64,000 nt of DNA, from assembly GCA_946186925.1 (NCBI GenBank), contig CAMHPA010000007.1, positions 11,860 to 75,859 of the forward strand, written 5' to 3'. A program made the position numbers and the translations under genes. The notes below the pieces were generated by a model that was not told where the DNA came from, ran no database searches, and saw nothing but the letters and a program-made list of their open reading frames with translations. Below are positions 46,775 through 58,971 of the stretch, one piece after another; position 1 is the first letter of the stretch; every line of letters starts with the position of its first letter. Origin of the DNA: an uncultured Bacteroidota bacterium (GTDB taxonomy: Bacteria > Bacteroidota > Bacteroidia > Bacteroidales > SZUA-534).

Positions 46775-47971
46775 ATGAAAGGAGCAAAACCATTAATGCT
46801 GCTGTCGGCAACATTGCTGACAATTAACGCATTAGCACAACAAGGCATTTTCTACTATGTCAACACAAACGCTGAGTTAATAAATTCCAAAACTACTGAC
46901 GTAGTGTTGAACGACAATGGGATTGTTATTCTCAATGAGTGTTCCGATGCAAAATACGAGAATCCTGCTGTTCAGCTTATCGAATTGAATAAGAGTTTTA
47001 TTAAGACATCGGAAAACATTGTGAAAATAAACGGGTTAAGCAGTGTTAACACAATTACCAGGTATACAGATGGCAACTATGGTATTCTAGCTAACGAGGT
47101 GGAGTGTCCGGTAAGGCTTAATGTTTCAGGAAGTTACAAGGAAATGAGCCAATCACCCATACTTGACCAAAAAAACGAATATATTGTCGATCGCGCAGTT
47201 GTTGGCAAGCAGATTTTAGTGGTTTCGACCCAGTCTGAAGTCAAAGGCAAATATGCTATTGTATTGAGTAGCTTCGATGTTGAATCTGGTGAGAAGCAAT
47301 GGAGTAAGGTTGTTTCAAGTGAGACTAATGAGTCGGCCGATGCTATTGCCGCCGATAATGATGGCAATGTTGTGGTTTTAGGTCGCAAGTACAACGATAG
47401 CGGAACTGAGTATATTCCAATATTTTACAAACTTGACACTAAAGGTGGAATTGTTTGGAAAAAGAGCAGTGTTGATATGCCATCGAATTTCTATTCGCAG
47501 AATATGGCAATATCTAAAAACAACGAAATATTCTATGCTTGCGGTCTAACGCAGCGTTCAGGGCTTCAAACAAAACTTTACAAACTCGATGCCAACGGCA
47601 ACACCAAACGTTCAGTCAGCATTATTGAGTTCACAGGCAACGGTGTTTTAAGTCTGTCGTCGGGCAAGATTTTGTTGTATGGCTCACGTTTCTACACAGA
47701 TGTTAAGCAGGTTGTTACCAAGGGTGCATACGTAATCCTAGATAGCGATCTGAATGAGTTGAGCAATAAGTCATTAAGTGTTAATGATAAGCCTGACGCT
47801 GATTTTAAATATTCAACAACAAGTAGTTCCGATTTGCAGGCTGCACTTGAGCTGGAGTCAGGCAGTATTGTTATGGTTGGCAAAGTGACAATGCCACAAG
47901 CAGGCAGTTCCACCGAAAAGCAGAACAATACTATAGTTGTTGTGGCCGACATTTATGGCAATTATAAATAG
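46775..47971 (+). CDS. hypothetical secreted protein with repeated beta-strand (propeller-like) motifs
   Basis: Signal peptide MKGAKPLMLLSATLLTINALAQQ. Recurrent D/S-G-x-hydrophobic-hydrophobic-hydrophobic-G motifs (DNDGNVVVLG, SSGKILLYG, ESGSIVMVG). Clearly more AT-rich than its neighbours. No family recognised. Confidence 0.6.
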   Translation: MKGAKPLMLLSATLLTINALAQQGIFYYVNTNAELINSKTTDVVLNDNGIVILNECSDAKYENPAVQLIELNKSFIKTSENIVKINGLSSVNTITRYTDGNYGILANEVECPVRLNVSGSYKEMSQSPILDQKNEYIVDRAVVGKQILVVSTQSEVKGKYAIVLSSFDVESGEKQWSKVVSSETNESADAIAADNDGNVVVLGRKYNDSGTEYIPIFYKLDTKGGIVWKKSSVDMPSNFYSQNMAISKNNEIFYACGLTQRSGLQTKLYKLDANGNTKRSVSIIEFTGNGVLSLSSGKILLYGSRFYTDVKQVVTKGAYVILDSDLNELSNKSLSVNDKPDADFKYSTTSSSDLQAALELESGSIVMVGKVTMPQAGSSTEKQNNTIVVVADIYGNYK

Positions 47972-47992
47972 AATACACACTGTTGAAAATGC

Positions 47993-48023
47993 AAAGGCAT
48001 CAAGAATTCTTGATGCCTTTTTT
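47993..48023 (+). terminator. rho-independent terminator after the orphan secreted-protein gene
   Basis: AAAGGCATCAAG pairs with CTTGATGCCTTT in a 12-bp stem with loop AATT, followed by a T-run. Confidence 0.7.
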
Positions 48024-48304
48024 AGTTGAATTCATGCAAACATTATTCCCTTCTTGCATGGTCGGATGAAACTATAGGTATGATGAGATCGGATTATTTG
48101 AAAGCATAGCATACATATATATGTAGTCATTAAAAAAGCGGATTTGGGTCGCATTATTCTATTGTCGTCGCATCGGGTGTGGTATGATTTTTTTATATGG
48201 GTGTTCATAAAAAGTTGACATTGCTGGTTGAAAGATGCGTTTTCCCCTTAATTATTGGGCTTTGCGCCTGTGGAAGTTATTTTTCAAAATATTTATTTTG
48301 AGAG

Positions 48305-48336
48305 TATTGATTAAGAAGAAATTGTTTTTACCTTTG
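48305..48336 (+). promoter_or_regulatory. candidate promoter of the rpsL operon (-33 ATTG, -7 TACCTTTG)
   Basis: TACCTTTG at 48329-48336 fits TAnnTTTG. A TTG ends at 48309, giving a 19-nt spacer. The element is about 47 nt upstream of the rpsL ATG. Confidence 0.3.
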
Positions 48337-48382
48337 CGAACCGATTTTTGCGGAGAATTATGTACATTTTATTAATAAAAAT

Positions 48383-48757
48383 ATGCCAACTATACAACAA
48401 TTAGTAAGAAAAGGGCGAGTAGAGATGGACAAGAAGAGCAAGGCACCAGCCTTGGATTCATGCCCGCAGCGCCGTGGTGTTTGTGTTCGTGTATACACCA
48501 CAACGCCCAAAAAGCCAAACTCAGCCATGCGCAAAGTGGCCAGGGTTCGTTTAACAAATGGTAAGGAGGTCAACTCTTACATTCCGGGAGAGGGTCACAA
48601 TCTGCAGGAGCACTCAATTGTGATGATCCGCGGAGGTCGTGTTAAGGATCTACCAGGTGTTCGTTACCACATCATTCGTGGTGCTTTGGATACATCGGGA
48701 GTAGAGGGACGCAAACAGCGTCGCTCAAAGTATGGTGCTAAAAGACCTAAAAAATAA
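48383..48757 (+). CDS. rpsL: 30S ribosomal protein S12
   Basis: [13 protein letters not shown]-terminus and [10 protein letters not shown] motif. Confidence 0.97.
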   Translation: MPTIQQLVRKGRVEMDKKSKAPALDSCPQRRGVCVRVYTTTPKKPNSAMRKVARVRLTNGKEVNSYIPGEGHNLQEHSIVMIRGGRVKDLPGVRYHIIRGALDTSGVEGRKQRRSKYGAKRPKK

Positions 48758-48773
48758 TTTATAATATAGTAAG

Positions 48774-49250
48774 ATGAGAAAATCAAAACCAAAGAGTAGG
48801 ATTCTGTTACCGGATCCAAAGTTCAATGACGTATTGGTTACCCGTTTTGTCAACAACCTGATGTTGGACGGGAAAAAGAGCATCGCATACGAGATTTTCT
48901 ATGACTCGCTTGAGATGGTTGGTGCAAAGATGAAAGATAAGGAATTGACCCCGCTTGACATCTGGAAAAAAGCACTTCAGAATGTAACCCCGCAGGTTGA
49001 GGTTCGCAGCCGCCGTGTTGGTGGTGCAACATTCCAAATTCCGCAAGAAATCCGCGAGACCCGCAAAGTGGCCATGAGTATGAAGAACATGATTCTGTTC
49101 GCACGCAAACGCGCAGGTCACTCAATGGCAGAAAAACTCTCGGCTGAAATCATAGCCGCATTCAATGAAGAGGGTGGCGCGTTCAAGAGAAAAGAAGAGA
49201 TTCACCGTATGGCAGAGGCCAACAAGGCATTCTCACACTTCCGCTTTTAA
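48774..49250 (+). CDS. rpsG: 30S ribosomal protein S7
   Basis: LPDPKFND...[15 protein letters not shown] sequence, located after rpsL. Confidence 0.97.
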   Translation: MRKSKPKSRILLPDPKFNDVLVTRFVNNLMLDGKKSIAYEIFYDSLEMVGAKMKDKELTPLDIWKKALQNVTPQVEVRSRRVGGATFQIPQEIRETRKVAMSMKNMILFARKRAGHSMAEKLSAEIIAAFNEEGGAFKRKEEIHRMAEANKAFSHFRF

Positions 49251-49266
49251 TTAGAGAAGAAATACA

Positions 49267-51366
49267 ATGGCAAGAGATCTTAAATACACTCGCAACTTCG
49301 GTATCATGGCTCACATTGATGCCGGCAAAACAACAACTTCAGAGCGTATCCTGTTTTACACCGGTAAAACCCACCGCATTGGTGAGGTGCACGATGGCGC
49401 CGCCACCATGGACTGGATGGCTCAAGAGCAGGAGCGCGGCATCACCATTACTTCTGCCGCAACCACTTGCTTCTGGAAATACAATGGCAACGAGTACAAG
49501 TACAACCTTATCGACACTCCGGGACACGTTGACTTCACTGTTGAGGTTGAACGTTGTCTTCGCGTTTTGGACGGCGCTGTAGCCGTTTATTGCGCTGTGG
49601 GCGGTGTTGAACCACAGTCAGAGACTGTATGGCGTCAAGCCAATAAATATCAGGTTCCGCGTATCGCATTCGTTAACAAGATGGACCGCATCGGCGCCGA
49701 TTATTTCTCGGTTGTCAACCAAATCCGCGACCGTCTGAATGCAAATGCCGTTACAATCCACATTCCAATCGGTGCTGAAGCCGATTTCCGTGGTTTGGTT
49801 GACCTTATCGAAATGAAGGCGATTGTTTGGTATGATGACGCTCAACTGGGCACCAACTACAAATACATCGATATTCCGGAGGATTTGGTTGAGACAGCCA
49901 ACGAGTATCGCGCAAAACTGATCGAGTCAGTTGCCGAACTTGATGACACTCTGTTGGAGCGCTTCTTCGAAGATCCTGATTCAATCACGGTTGACGAGAT
50001 TAAGAGCGTAATCCGCCGTGCCACAATCCAGCAGTTGATTGTTCCGGTATTGTGCGGTTCTGCTTTCAAAAACAAAGGTATCCAACGCTTGTTGGACGCT
50101 GTGGCAGCATTCTTGCCAAGCCCGGTTGACGTTCCTGCTGTTGTCGGTACAAATCCTGCAACCGAAGAGGAAGAAGATAGAAAAGTTGACGCTAACGAGC
50201 CATTCTGCGGTCTGGCATTCAAGATTGCCACTGACCCGTATGTTGGCCGTTTGTGCTTTATCCGTGTATATAGTGGCGTGCTCAACGCAGGCGACACTGT
50301 TCTGAACATGCGTACCGGCAAGAAAGAGCGTATCTCACGTTTGTTCCAGATGCACTCGAACCACCAGAACCCGATGGAGAAGATTGAGGCTGGTGATATT
50401 TGCGCAGGTATCGGTTTCAAAGACATCCGCACTGGCGATACATTGTGCGCTGAGAGTGCACCAATCGTACTCGAGAGCATGACTTTCCCGAAACCAGTTA
50501 TCAGCATCGCCATCGAGCCTAAGACACAAGGCGACATGGAGAAACTCGACGCCGCTCTCATCAAGTTGGCTGAGGAAGACCCGACCTTCACTTTGAAGAC
50601 CGATCAGGATTCAGGTCAGATTGTCATCAGCGGTATGGGTGAGTTGCACTTGGATATCCTTATCGACCGTCTGAAACGCGAGTTCAAGGTTGAGGTTAAC
50701 CAAGGCGCACCGCAGGTTGCTTACAAAGAGGCAATCACCGCAACTGTTGATCACCGTGAGGTATTCAAGAAACAGACTGGTGGTCGTGGTAAGTTCGCCG
50801 ACATTGTGGTTAAGGTTTCACCGGCCGAGGAAGGCAAAGAAGGTCTTACATTCATCGATTCTATCAAGGGTGGTCACATTCCGGCAGAATATATTCCTTC
50901 AGTAGAGAAGGGCTTCAAAGAGGCAATGAAGAACGGTCCGTTGGCAGGATTCCCTGTTGACAGTCTTCAGGTTGAGTTGGTCGATGGTTCGTTCCACCCG
51001 GTTGACTCTGATCAGTTGTCGTTTGAAATCGCAGGCCGCCAGGCATTCCGCGAGGCTTGCGCCAAAGCAAAACCGATCCTTCTCGAGCCTATCATGCACG
51101 TTGAGGTTGTAACACCTGAGGATTACATGGGTGACGTTATCGGTGACCTTAACAAACGTCGTGGTCAGGTTGAAGGCATGGAGTCACGCGCAACAGGCGA
51201 CCGCGTTGTGAAGGCAAATGTTCCGTTGTCGGAAATGTTCGGCTACGTTACCGTTCTGCGTACAATCACATCAGGCCGCGCCACATCAAGCATGGAGTTC
51301 TCGCACTACGCTGAGACCCCGAAGAACGTGGCAACTGAAGTGTTGGAGAAAATCAAAGGCAAATAA
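49267..51366 (+). CDS. fusA: elongation factor G
   Basis: [26 protein letters not shown]1 motif plus DTPGHVDF. Confidence 0.97.
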   Translation: MARDLKYTRNFGIMAHIDAGKTTTSERILFYTGKTHRIGEVHDGAATMDWMAQEQERGITITSAATTCFWKYNGNEYKYNLIDTPGHVDFTVEVERCLRVLDGAVAVYCAVGGVEPQSETVWRQANKYQVPRIAFVNKMDRIGADYFSVVNQIRDRLNANAVTIHIPIGAEADFRGLVDLIEMKAIVWYDDAQLGTNYKYIDIPEDLVETANEYRAKLIESVAELDDTLLERFFEDPDSITVDEIKSVIRRATIQQLIVPVLCGSAFKNKGIQRLLDAVAAFLPSPVDVPAVVGTNPATEEEEDRKVDANEPFCGLAFKIATDPYVGRLCFIRVYSGVLNAGDTVLNMRTGKKERISRLFQMHSNHQNPMEKIEAGDICAGIGFKDIRTGDTLCAESAPIVLESMTFPKPVISIAIEPKTQGDMEKLDAALIKLAEEDPTFTLKTDQDSGQIVISGMGELHLDILIDRLKREFKVEVNQGAPQVAYKEAITATVDHREVFKKQTGGRGKFADIVVKVSPAEEGKEGLTFIDSIKGGHIPAEYIPSVEKGFKEAMKNGPLAGFPVDSLQVELVDGSFHPVDSDQLSFEIAGRQAFREACAKAKPILLEPIMHVEVVTPEDYMGDVIGDLNKRRGQVEGMESRATGDRVVKANVPLSEMFGYVTVLRTITSGRATSSMEFSHYAETPKNVATEVLEKIKGK

Positions 51367-51387
51367 TTCTTGTTATACATTAAACAT

Positions 51388-51693
51388 ATGAGCCAAAAAA
51401 TCAGAATTAAATTGAAATCTTACGATCACAACTTGGTTGACAAGTCGGCCGAGAAGATCGTGAAGACTGTAAAGACCACTGGCGCAGTTGTTAGCGGACC
51501 TATTCCACTTCCGACACACCGCCGCGTGTTTACAGTGCTGCGCTCAACATTCGTGAACAAAAAATCACGCGAACAGTTTGAGCTGTCTTCTTACAAAAGG
51601 CTTCTCGACATCTACAGCTCTACAGCTAAGACTATCGACGCCTTGATGAAACTTGAACTGCCCAGCGGCGTTGAAGTTGAGATTAAAGTATGA
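51388..51693 (+). CDS. rpsJ: 30S ribosomal protein S10
   Basis: [14 protein letters not shown]. Track start trimmed by 6 codons. Confidence 0.96.
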   Translation: MSQKIRIKLKSYDHNLVDKSAEKIVKTVKTTGAVVSGPIPLPTHRRVFTVLRSTFVNKKSREQFELSSYKRLLDIYSSTAKTIDALMKLELPSGVEVEIKV

Positions 51694-51712
51694 CATTTTA
51701 TAAATTATAAAA

Positions 51713-52330
51713 ATGGCTGGATTAATAGGTAAAAAAATCGGAATGACATCGATTTTCAGTGCCGAGGGAAAAAATATTCCATGCACTGTTATCGAAGCAG
51801 GACCTTGCGTTGTTACGCAAGTGAAAACCGTTGAGAAAGACGGTTACAGCGCACTTCAATTAGGCTACGAGGACAAGAGTGAAAAGAATTTCACTAAAGC
51901 CGAATTGGGACATTTCAAAAAAGCAGGCACCGCACCAAAGGCAAAGGTTGCCGAATTTTTGGATGTTGATGGTGAATACAAGTTGGGTGATGTCATCACA
52001 GTTGACATCTTCAACGATGAGGCATGGGTTGACGTTACTGGAATCTCGAAAGGTAAAGGTTTCCAGGGCGTAGTCAGAAGACACAACTTCAACGGTGTCA
52101 ACGACGCAACTCACGGTCAGCACAACCGCGGACGCCACCCGGGTTCTTTGGGTGCGTCATCTTACCCTTCACGCGTTATGCCAGGTATGCGTATGGCAGG
52201 CCGTATGGGTGGTGATCAAGTTAAGGTTCTCAGCCTTCGTATCGTGAAGATTATGCCAGAGAACAACTTGATTTTAGTAAAGGGATCAGTACCAGGTCAT
52301 AAAGGTTCATACTTAATAATTGAGAAATAA
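51713..52330 (+). CDS. rplC: 50S ribosomal protein L3
   Basis: [14 protein letters not shown]-terminus. S10 operon order. Confidence 0.97.
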   Translation: MAGLIGKKIGMTSIFSAEGKNIPCTVIEAGPCVVTQVKTVEKDGYSALQLGYEDKSEKNFTKAELGHFKKAGTAPKAKVAEFLDVDGEYKLGDVITVDIFNDEAWVDVTGISKGKGFQGVVRRHNFNGVNDATHGQHNRGRHPGSLGASSYPSRVMPGMRMAGRMGGDQVKVLSLRIVKIMPENNLILVKGSVPGHKGSYLIIEK

Positions 52331-52956
52331 TGGAATTGAAAGTTTTAAATCAAGAAGGTAAGGAAACTGGCAAGAGCGTCGAGTTGAATGATTCCATCTA
52401 TGGTGTTGAACCTAATGATCATGCTATTTATCTTGACGTTAAGCAATACCTGGCCAACCAGCGTCAGGGCACACATAAATCGAAGCAGCGCAATGAGGTT
52501 TCTGGCAGCACCCGCAAGTTGAAAAAACAGAAAGGTACTGGCGGCGCACGTTGCGGTAGCATCAAAGCACCAGTTTTTGTTGGCGGTGGCCGCGTATTCG
52601 GTCCGGAGCCACGCGATTATTCGTTCAAACTGAACAAGAAGGTTAAACAATTGGCACGCAAATCAGCCTTGTCGTACAAGGCAAAAGAGAATGCGATCAT
52701 CGTTGTCGACAATATCGCCATCGATGCACCGAAAACCAAGGCTTGCGTTGCTTTGCTTGACAACCTGAAAATCAATGGCAAAAAATCATTATTGGTGTTA
52801 GGCGATTCTAATAAAAACGTATATTTGTCGTCGCGAAATTTGGAAGGTGTGGAAGTCGTAACTGCCGATCTTCTAAATACTTATCAGATAATGAATGCTT
52901 CATCGCTTGTGATTACAGAGAACTCATTAGAGATTATTGAAAACTTATTAGGATAA
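52330..52956 (+). CDS. rplD: 50S ribosomal protein L4
   Basis: Operon position and the KQKGTGGAR motif. Confidence 0.96.
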   Translation: MELKVLNQEGKETGKSVELNDSIYGVEPNDHAIYLDVKQYLANQRQGTHKSKQRNEVSGSTRKLKKQKGTGGARCGSIKAPVFVGGGRVFGPEPRDYSFKLNKKVKQLARKSALSYKAKENAIIVVDNIAIDAPKTKACVALLDNLKINGKKSLLVLGDSNKNVYLSSRNLEGVEVVTADLLNTYQIMNASSLVITENSLEIIENLLG

Positions 52957-52971
52957 TAGGAGGGACAAGTT

Positions 52972-53262
52972 ATGAGCATTATAGTTAGACCAATCATAAC
53001 AGAGAAGATGACTGCCCAGGCAGAGAAACTGAACCGTTATGGTTTTATTGTCGATAAGAGAGCAGACAAACTGCAGATTCGCAAAGAGGTGGAAGACTTG
53101 TATGGAGTCAGTGTCGATTCAGTAAACACAATCCGCTACGCAGGCAAGCGCAAATCGCGCTATACCAAGGCAGGTTTTGTTGAAGGTCGCACAAACGCTT
53201 ATAAGAAGGCGATTGTGACACTGAAAGAAGGACAGTCAATTGATTTTTATAGCAATATTTAG
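52972..53262 (+). CDS. rplW: 50S ribosomal protein L23
   Basis: Operon position; 96 aa; IIVRPIITEK. Confidence 0.95.
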   Translation: MSIIVRPIITEKMTAQAEKLNRYGFIVDKRADKLQIRKEVEDLYGVSVDSVNTIRYAGKRKSRYTKAGFVEGRTNAYKKAIVTLKEGQSIDFYSNI

Positions 53263-53277
53263 TATTAATTTTAGATA

Positions 53278-54108
53278 ATGGCCGCGAAAAAATTAAAACC
53301 CGTTACAGCGGGTATGCGAGGCAAGGTGGTTAGCAACTTTGAAACAGTAACCACCACTACACCTGAAAAATCATTGTTGAGTCCATTAAGGAAGTCCGGC
53401 GGTAGAAACAACGACGGACGTCTAACAATGAGATATATAGGTGGTGGACACAAACAACGCTATCGTATTGTCGACTTCAAACGCGACAAGGATGGCATTC
53501 CTGGAACAGTTAAATCGATCGAGTACGATCCAAACCGTAGTGCTCGCATCGCTTTAGTTGTTTACGCCGATGGTGAGAAACGGTACATTCTGGCACCAAA
53601 CGGTTTGACCGTTGGTCAGGTTGTAATGTCGGGCAAGGGTGTTGCACCCGAGGTCGGCAACGCACTGTACCTTTCAGAGATTCCACTCGGTACTATCATT
53701 CACAACATTGAGTTACGCCCCAACGCGGGAGGTAGCATGGCACGCAGCGCCGGAACGTTTGCGCAGCTTACATCACGCGAAGGAAAGTACGCAATTGTGA
53801 AATTGCCTTCGGGAGAAATCCGTATGGTATTGGTAACATGCAAAGCAACTATTGGAGTTGTCGGCAATTCGGATCATGCTTTGGAAGTGTCAGGCAAGGC
53901 CGGACGTTCGCGCTGGTTGGGCCGCAGACCACGTAACCGTGGTGTTGTGATGAACCCAGTCGATCACCCGATGGGTGGTGGCGAAGGTCGTGCTTCTGGT
54001 GGACACCCGCGTTCAAGGAATGGTATGCCAGCTAAGGGATACAAGACTCGTCGTCCGAAGAAGCAGTCTAATAAATTGATTGTTGAACGTAGAAAAAGTA
54101 AAGCATAA
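53278..54108 (+). CDS. rplB: 50S ribosomal protein L2
   Basis: GGGHKQRYR and [13 protein letters not shown] motifs. Confidence 0.97.
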   Translation: MAAKKLKPVTAGMRGKVVSNFETVTTTTPEKSLLSPLRKSGGRNNDGRLTMRYIGGGHKQRYRIVDFKRDKDGIPGTVKSIEYDPNRSARIALVVYADGEKRYILAPNGLTVGQVVMSGKGVAPEVGNALYLSEIPLGTIIHNIELRPNAGGSMARSAGTFAQLTSREGKYAIVKLPSGEIRMVLVTCKATIGVVGNSDHALEVSGKAGRSRWLGRRPRNRGVVMNPVDHPMGGGEGRASGGHPRSRNGMPAKGYKTRRPKKQSNKLIVERRKSKA

Positions 54109-54110
54109 TT

Positions 54111-54377
54111 ATGAGTCGTTCGTTAAAAAAAGGACCCTACATTTATTACAAGCTCGACGCTAAAGTGGCTGCAATGAATGAGTCAGGTAAGAAAGATGTT
54201 ATCAAAACCTGGTCGAGGGCTTCAATGATTTCTCCAGACTTTGTTGGGCATACCTTTGCTGTTCATAATGGAAACCGTTTTATACCAGTTTATGTAACTG
54301 AGAATATGGTAGGCCATAAACTTGGTGAATTTGCCCCAACCCGTCAGTTCAGAGGTCACGGAGGAAAGAAAAAATAA
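54111..54377 (+). CDS. rpsS: 30S ribosomal protein S19
   Basis: [11 protein letters not shown]-terminus. Confidence 0.97.
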   Translation: MSRSLKKGPYIYYKLDAKVAAMNESGKKDVIKTWSRASMISPDFVGHTFAVHNGNRFIPVYVTENMVGHKLGEFAPTRQFRGHGGKKK

Positions 54378-54397
54378 TAATGTAAATCGGAACTAAC

Positions 54398-54820
54398 ATG
54401 GGTGCAAGAAAAAGAAATATGGCAAATCAAATGAAAGAGGAGAGGAAGAGCATCAGCTTCGCTAAGCTGAACGACTGCCCGACATCTCCCCGCAAAATGC
54501 GTTTGATTGCAGATATGGTTCGTGGCGTAGAGGTCAACAAGGCATTGAGCCTGCTGCGCTATTGTCCTAAAGAAGCTTCTGTAAGAGTTGAGAAACTGTT
54601 ATTGTCAGCTATCGCAAACTGGCAGCAGAAAAACGAAGGAGCAAGAATCGAAGAGTCTAATCTTTACGTTAAAGAGATTTCAGTTGACTCCGGACGCCAA
54701 CTGAAGAGACTTCGTCCAGCTCCGCAAGGTCGTGGTTACCGTATCAGAAAACGTTCAAACCACGTTACCGTTGTTGTAGATAGCCGCAATATGAGTCAAA
54801 CAAACGAAAAAAGTGAATAA
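54398..54820 (+). CDS. rplV: 50S ribosomal protein L22
   Basis: Operon position and [14 protein letters not shown]. Confidence 0.96.
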   Translation: MGARKRNMANQMKEERKSISFAKLNDCPTSPRKMRLIADMVRGVEVNKALSLLRYCPKEASVRVEKLLLSAIANWQQKNEGARIEESNLYVKEISVDSGRQLKRLRPAPQGRGYRIRKRSNHVTVVVDSRNMSQTNEKSE

Positions 54821-55516
54821 ATGGGACAGAAATGTAATCCTATCGGAAATAGGTTAGGTGTCATCAAAGGTTGGGATTCTAACTGGTTTGGTGGCAAGAA
54901 ATATTCAGAGAAAATTCTCGAGGACAGCAAGATCCGCGAGTATCTTCAAGCTCGTTTAGCTAAAGCCAGTGTGTCGAAAATTATTATTGAGCGCACACTG
55001 AAACTTATCACCATTACCGTTAACACGGCTCGTCCGGGTATCATCATCGGTAAAGGCGGTCAGGAAGTCGACAAGCTGAAAGAGGAGCTGAAGAAAATAA
55101 CCAAGAAGGAAGTGCAAATCAACATCTTTGAAATAAAGAGACCGGAACTTGATGCATTCCTTGTAGGTAGCAACATCGCCCGTCAGCTGGAAGGCCGCGT
55201 GTCTTATCGCCGAGCAGTGAAAATGGGTATAGCTTCAACAATGCGTATGGGTGCCGAAGGCATCAAGGTTCAGGTATCGGGACGCTTGGGCGGAGCTGAA
55301 ATGGCACGGTCGGAGATTTTCAAAGAGGGTCGCATTCCATTGCACACTCTGCGCGCCGACATCGACTATGCTCAGGTTGAAGCATTGACTAAAGTTGGCT
55401 TGATCGGTATCAAGGTTTGGATTTGCAAAGGCGAGGTTTATGGTAAACGCGATCTTTCTCCAAACGTAGGTGCTGCGCAGCCACAGAAAAAGGGATTAAA
55501 AAAACGTCAAAAGTAA
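54821..55516 (+). CDS. rpsC: 30S ribosomal protein S3
   Basis: [14 protein letters not shown]-terminus and a KH domain. Confidence 0.97.
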   Translation: MGQKCNPIGNRLGVIKGWDSNWFGGKKYSEKILEDSKIREYLQARLAKASVSKIIIERTLKLITITVNTARPGIIIGKGGQEVDKLKEELKKITKKEVQINIFEIKRPELDAFLVGSNIARQLEGRVSYRRAVKMGIASTMRMGAEGIKVQVSGRLGGAEMARSEIFKEGRIPLHTLRADIDYAQVEALTKVGLIGIKVWICKGEVYGKRDLSPNVGAAQPQKKGLKKRQK

Positions 55517-55533
55517 TCTAAATTCAGTTTAAG

Positions 55534-55962
55534 ATGTTACAGCCAAAGAAAACTAAGTACAGAAGAGTACAAAAAGGCCGTTCGACTGGTAATGCTCATC
55601 GTGGACACGAACTGGCATTCGGTTCTTTCGGTATCAAGTCTCTAGGAGAATGCTGGGTTACTGCAAGACAAATCGAGGCAGCTCGTCAGGCTGTCACCCG
55701 TTACATGAAACGTGAAGGACAGATTTGGATAAGGATATTTCCTGATAAAGTCGTGACTAAGAAGCCAGCCGATGTGCGTATGGGTAAAGGTAAAGGTGAC
55801 CCGGAGTGCTTCGCAGCAGTAGTTACTCCAGGTCGTATACTTATTGAAGCAGAAGGCGTGCCTTTCGAAGTTGCAAAGGAAGCTTTGCGCTTGGGCGCTC
55901 AAAAATTGCCAATTAAGACCAAATTTATTGTTCGTAACGATTTTGTTGAATCTACAATTTAA
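55534..55962 (+). CDS. rplP: 50S ribosomal protein L16
   Basis: [12 protein letters not shown]-terminus. Confidence 0.97.
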   Translation: MLQPKKTKYRRVQKGRSTGNAHRGHELAFGSFGIKSLGECWVTARQIEAARQAVTRYMKREGQIWIRIFPDKVVTKKPADVRMGKGKGDPECFAAVVTPGRILIEAEGVPFEVAKEALRLGAQKLPIKTKFIVRNDFVESTI

Positions 55963-55967
55963 TTGCA

Positions 55968-56168
55968 ATGAAAGCTTCAGAAGTTAGAGAATTATCGACC
56001 TTGGAGATCCAAGAGCAGATAGAGAACAATAAAAAAGCCTTGACCAAAATGCGTCTGAACCATGCAGTGTCGCCGCTTGACAATACGAATAAGATTGGCG
56101 AAACAAAAAAAGACATTGCCCGGTTGCTGACTGAGTTGAGAGCCAGAGAAATTAATCAAAATAAATAA
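55968..56168 (+). CDS. rpmC: 50S ribosomal protein L29
   Basis: 66 aa. Operon position between rplP and rpsQ. Confidence 0.93.
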   Translation: MKASEVRELSTLEIQEQIENNKKALTKMRLNHAVSPLDNTNKIGETKKDIARLLTELRAREINQNK

Positions 56169-56177
56169 TATTGGCAG

Positions 56178-56435
56178 ATGGAAACTAGAAATTTGAGAAA
56201 GGAACGTATAGGAGTTGTGGTCAGCAACAAAATGGAGAAGACCATAACGGTTGCTATCAAACGGAAGGTAAAGCACCCGCTTTACGGCAAATTTGTCAAT
56301 AAGACTACCAAGTTGCACGCTCAGGACGAAAAGAACGAGTGTAACATAGGTGATACTGTTAGGATAATGGAAACCAGACCTTTGAGCAAAACAAAGAACT
56401 GGCGTTTAGTTGAAATCATTGAAAAAGCTAAGTAG
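56178..56435 (+). CDS. rpsQ: 30S ribosomal protein S17
   Basis: [17 protein letters not shown] sequence. Confidence 0.96.
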   Translation: METRNLRKERIGVVVSNKMEKTITVAIKRKVKHPLYGKFVNKTTKLHAQDEKNECNIGDTVRIMETRPLSKTKNWRLVEIIEKAK

Positions 56436-56437
56436 TC

Positions 56438-56803
56438 ATGATACAGTCTGAGACTAGATTAAGTGTAGCCGACAACAGTGGTGCCAAGACAGTCTTGTGC
56501 ATCAATGTTCTGGGCGGGTCGAAAAAACGTTACGCAACAATCGGTGACACCATTGTTGTGGCAGTTAAGACGGCTCTGCCTGGCGGTGATGTGAAAAAAG
56601 GCGCAGTCAGCAAGGCTGTGGTTGTACGCACCACTAAGGAAATCCGCCGCAACGACGGCTCGTACATCCGCTTCGACGACAACGCCTGTGTATTACTCAA
56701 CAATGCAGGTGAAATCAGGGGAACCCGTATTTTCGGTCCCGTAGCCCGCGAGCTGCGTGACAATTACATGAAGATTGTTTCTCTTGCACCAGAAGTATTA
56801 TAA
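56438..56803 (+). CDS. rplN: 50S ribosomal protein L14
   Basis: [18 protein letters not shown]-terminus. Confidence 0.97.
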   Translation: MIQSETRLSVADNSGAKTVLCINVLGGSKKRYATIGDTIVVAVKTALPGGDVKKGAVSKAVVVRTTKEIRRNDGSYIRFDDNACVLLNNAGEIRGTRIFGPVARELRDNYMKIVSLAPEVL

Positions 56804-56819
56804 TTAAAAGGTAACAAAA

Positions 56820-57143
56820 ATGGCAACGAAATTGCATATCAAAAAAGGAGACACCGTTGTTGTTATCGCTGGTGAGTCTAAAGGACAAAGAGGAAAAGTC
56901 CTTAGCGTGCAAGTAGAAAAACAACGCGCTGTAGTTGAGGGCATCAATATGGTGTCGAAACACACCAAGCCTAACGCAAAGAATACCCAGGGCGGTATTG
57001 TGAAGCAAGAAGCTCCCGTACACATCTCGAACCTGATGCTTGTTGAGCCGTCTACCGGCAACCCGACACGCACCGGACGCAGAGTAGGTGAGAACGGAAA
57101 ATTAGTAAGATACTCTAAAAAATCTGGAGAGGAGATCAAATAA
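56820..57143 (+). CDS. rplX: 50S ribosomal protein L24
   Basis: [18 protein letters not shown] motif. Confidence 0.96.
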   Translation: MATKLHIKKGDTVVVIAGESKGQRGKVLSVQVEKQRAVVEGINMVSKHTKPNAKNTQGGIVKQEAPVHISNLMLVEPSTGNPTRTGRRVGENGKLVRYSKKSGEEIK

Positions 57144-57700
57144 TGGAATACGTACCAGAATTACGCAAGAAGTATAAAGAGGTGATAGTTCCGGCTCTGA
57201 CAAAAGAGTTCAACTACACCACACCAATGCAGGTTCCAAAACTTGAGAAGATAGTCATCAACCAAGGTGTAGGCAAGGCCATCGCCGATAAGAAGATTAT
57301 TGACACCGCTGCAGAGGAGTTGACAGCCATTACGGGCCAGAAGGCAATGAAGACCCTGTCACGTAAGGACATTTCAAACTTCAAGTTGAGAAAGAAAATG
57401 CCGATTGGCGTGAAAGTGACCTTGAGAAAAGACCGTATGTACGAGTTCCTCGAGAGACTGATTGTTGTAGCACTGCCCCGCATCCGCGACTTCAAGGGCG
57501 TCAACAGCAAACTCGACGGCAAGGGAAACTACACACTTGGCATCACAGAGCAAATCATATTCCCCGAAATCGACATCGACAAGATTACCACCCTGCTGGG
57601 TATGGACATCACGTTTGTTACATCGGCCCAGACCGATGAGGAGGGATACGCACTGTTGAGAGAGTTCGGCATTCCATTTAAAAACCTTAAAAAGAATTAG
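57143..57700 (+). CDS. rplE: 50S ribosomal protein L5
   Basis: Operon position. [13 protein letters not shown] motif. Confidence 0.96.
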   Translation: MEYVPELRKKYKEVIVPALTKEFNYTTPMQVPKLEKIVINQGVGKAIADKKIIDTAAEELTAITGQKAMKTLSRKDISNFKLRKKMPIGVKVTLRKDRMYEFLERLIVVALPRIRDFKGVNSKLDGKGNYTLGITEQIIFPEIDIDKITTLLGMDITFVTSAQTDEEGYALLREFGIPFKNLKKN

Positions 57701-57703
57701 TCC

Positions 57704-57973
57704 ATGGCAAAAGAGTCAATGAAGGCCCGCGAAGTGAAAAGGGCTAAATTAGTTCAGAAATATGCTGACAAGCGCGCCAAACTTCTGGCAGAGGGCGACT
57801 ACATCGCACTTCAGAAACTGCCGAAAAACGCATCGCCAGTCCGCATGCACAACAGATGCTCTCTCACCGGCCGTCCGAAAGGCTACATCCGTCAATTCGG
57901 TATCAGCCGTATCCAATTCCGTGAGATGGCGCTTAAAGGATTGATTCCGGGTGTTAAAAAAGCAAGTTGGTAA
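57704..57973 (+). CDS. rpsN: 30S ribosomal protein S14 (long form, no zinc-ribbon Cys set)
   Basis: [14 protein letters not shown]-terminus; 89 aa with a single Cys. Confidence 0.95.
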   Translation: MAKESMKAREVKRAKLVQKYADKRAKLLAEGDYIALQKLPKNASPVRMHNRCSLTGRPKGYIRQFGISRIQFREMALKGLIPGVKKASW

Positions 57974-57991
57974 CATTAAAGTTCAAGAAAA

Positions 57992-58387
57992 ATGACAGAT
58001 CCAATAGCAGACTTCCTTACACGCATAAGGAACGCTCAAATGGCCAAAAGCAAGGTTGTCGAAATACCTTCGTCGAATATGAAGAAGAGCATAACCAAGA
58101 TTCTTTACGATAACGGTTACATCCTCAACTACAAGTTCGATGACGAGAAGGACAAAGGCATCATCAAAATCGCCTTGAAGTACAACTTGCAGACAAAGCA
58201 ACCGGTCATCAAAAAATTAGAGAGAATCAGCCGTCCGGGTTTGAGAAAGTACACCAATGTTGAGAACATGCCGCGCGTTTTGAACGGCCTTGGCATTGCC
58301 GTAATCTCGACATCGCAAGGTGTTATGTCGGACAAAGAGGCTCGCACAAAGAACCTCGGTGGCGAAGTTTTGTGTTACATATATTAA
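57992..58387 (+). CDS. rpsH: 30S ribosomal protein S8
   Basis: [16 protein letters not shown]-terminus. Confidence 0.97.
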   Translation: MTDPIADFLTRIRNAQMAKSKVVEIPSSNMKKSITKILYDNGYILNYKFDDEKDKGIIKIALKYNLQTKQPVIKKLERISRPGLRKYTNVENMPRVLNGLGIAVISTSQGVMSDKEARTKNLGGEVLCYIY

Positions 58388-58399
58388 TAGTTATAAAAA

Positions 58400-58954
58400 A
58401 TGTCACGTATTGGAAAATTACCTGTAGCTATACCCGCTGGCGTGACCGTCACAGTTGACGGCGACAACGTGGTAGTAGTAAAAGGGCCCAAGGGAACTTT
58501 GACACAGAAGGTCAACCCTGACATCAAGGTCATTGTTGAGCCGACTGCAGTCAAACTGGAGCGTCCAGATGACGAGATCGCCCACAAGTCGATGCACGGT
58601 TTGTACCGCGCCTTGATTCATAACATGGTAGTGGGAGTTTCTGAAGGGTTCAAATTAGAGATGGAGTTTGTTGGTGTTGGTTACCGTGCCGAGTCGAACG
58701 GCCAGATGCTCGAGATGAGCCTCGGCTATTCACACAGCATTATGTTTGAGCTGCCAGCCGAAATCAAGGTTGACGCTAAGACCGACAAACGTAGCAACCC
58801 GATTCTGAAACTTGAGAGCTGCGACAAGCAACTTATCGGTCAGGTTGCCGCTAAGATTCGCTCGTTCCGTATGCCGGAGCCGTATAAGGGCAAGGGTATC
58901 AAGTTCATCGGCGAGAACATTCGCAGAAAAGTTGGTAAATCTGCTGGTAAATAA
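58400..58954 (+). CDS. rplF: 50S ribosomal protein L6
   Basis: MSRIGKLPVAIPAGV N-terminus. Confidence 0.97.
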   Translation: MSRIGKLPVAIPAGVTVTVDGDNVVVVKGPKGTLTQKVNPDIKVIVEPTAVKLERPDDEIAHKSMHGLYRALIHNMVVGVSEGFKLEMEFVGVGYRAESNGQMLEMSLGYSHSIMFELPAEIKVDAKTDKRSNPILKLESCDKQLIGQVAAKIRSFRMPEPYKGKGIKFIGENIRRKVGKSAGK

Positions 58955-58971
58955 TCTAAAAATTAGGAATT

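Noticed and set aside
5225-57143. Recurrent TAATG stop/start overlaps (5225, 7336, 10061, 52330, 57143) as something special
   Set aside because: This is a common translational-coupling junction in compact operons, not an anomaly.
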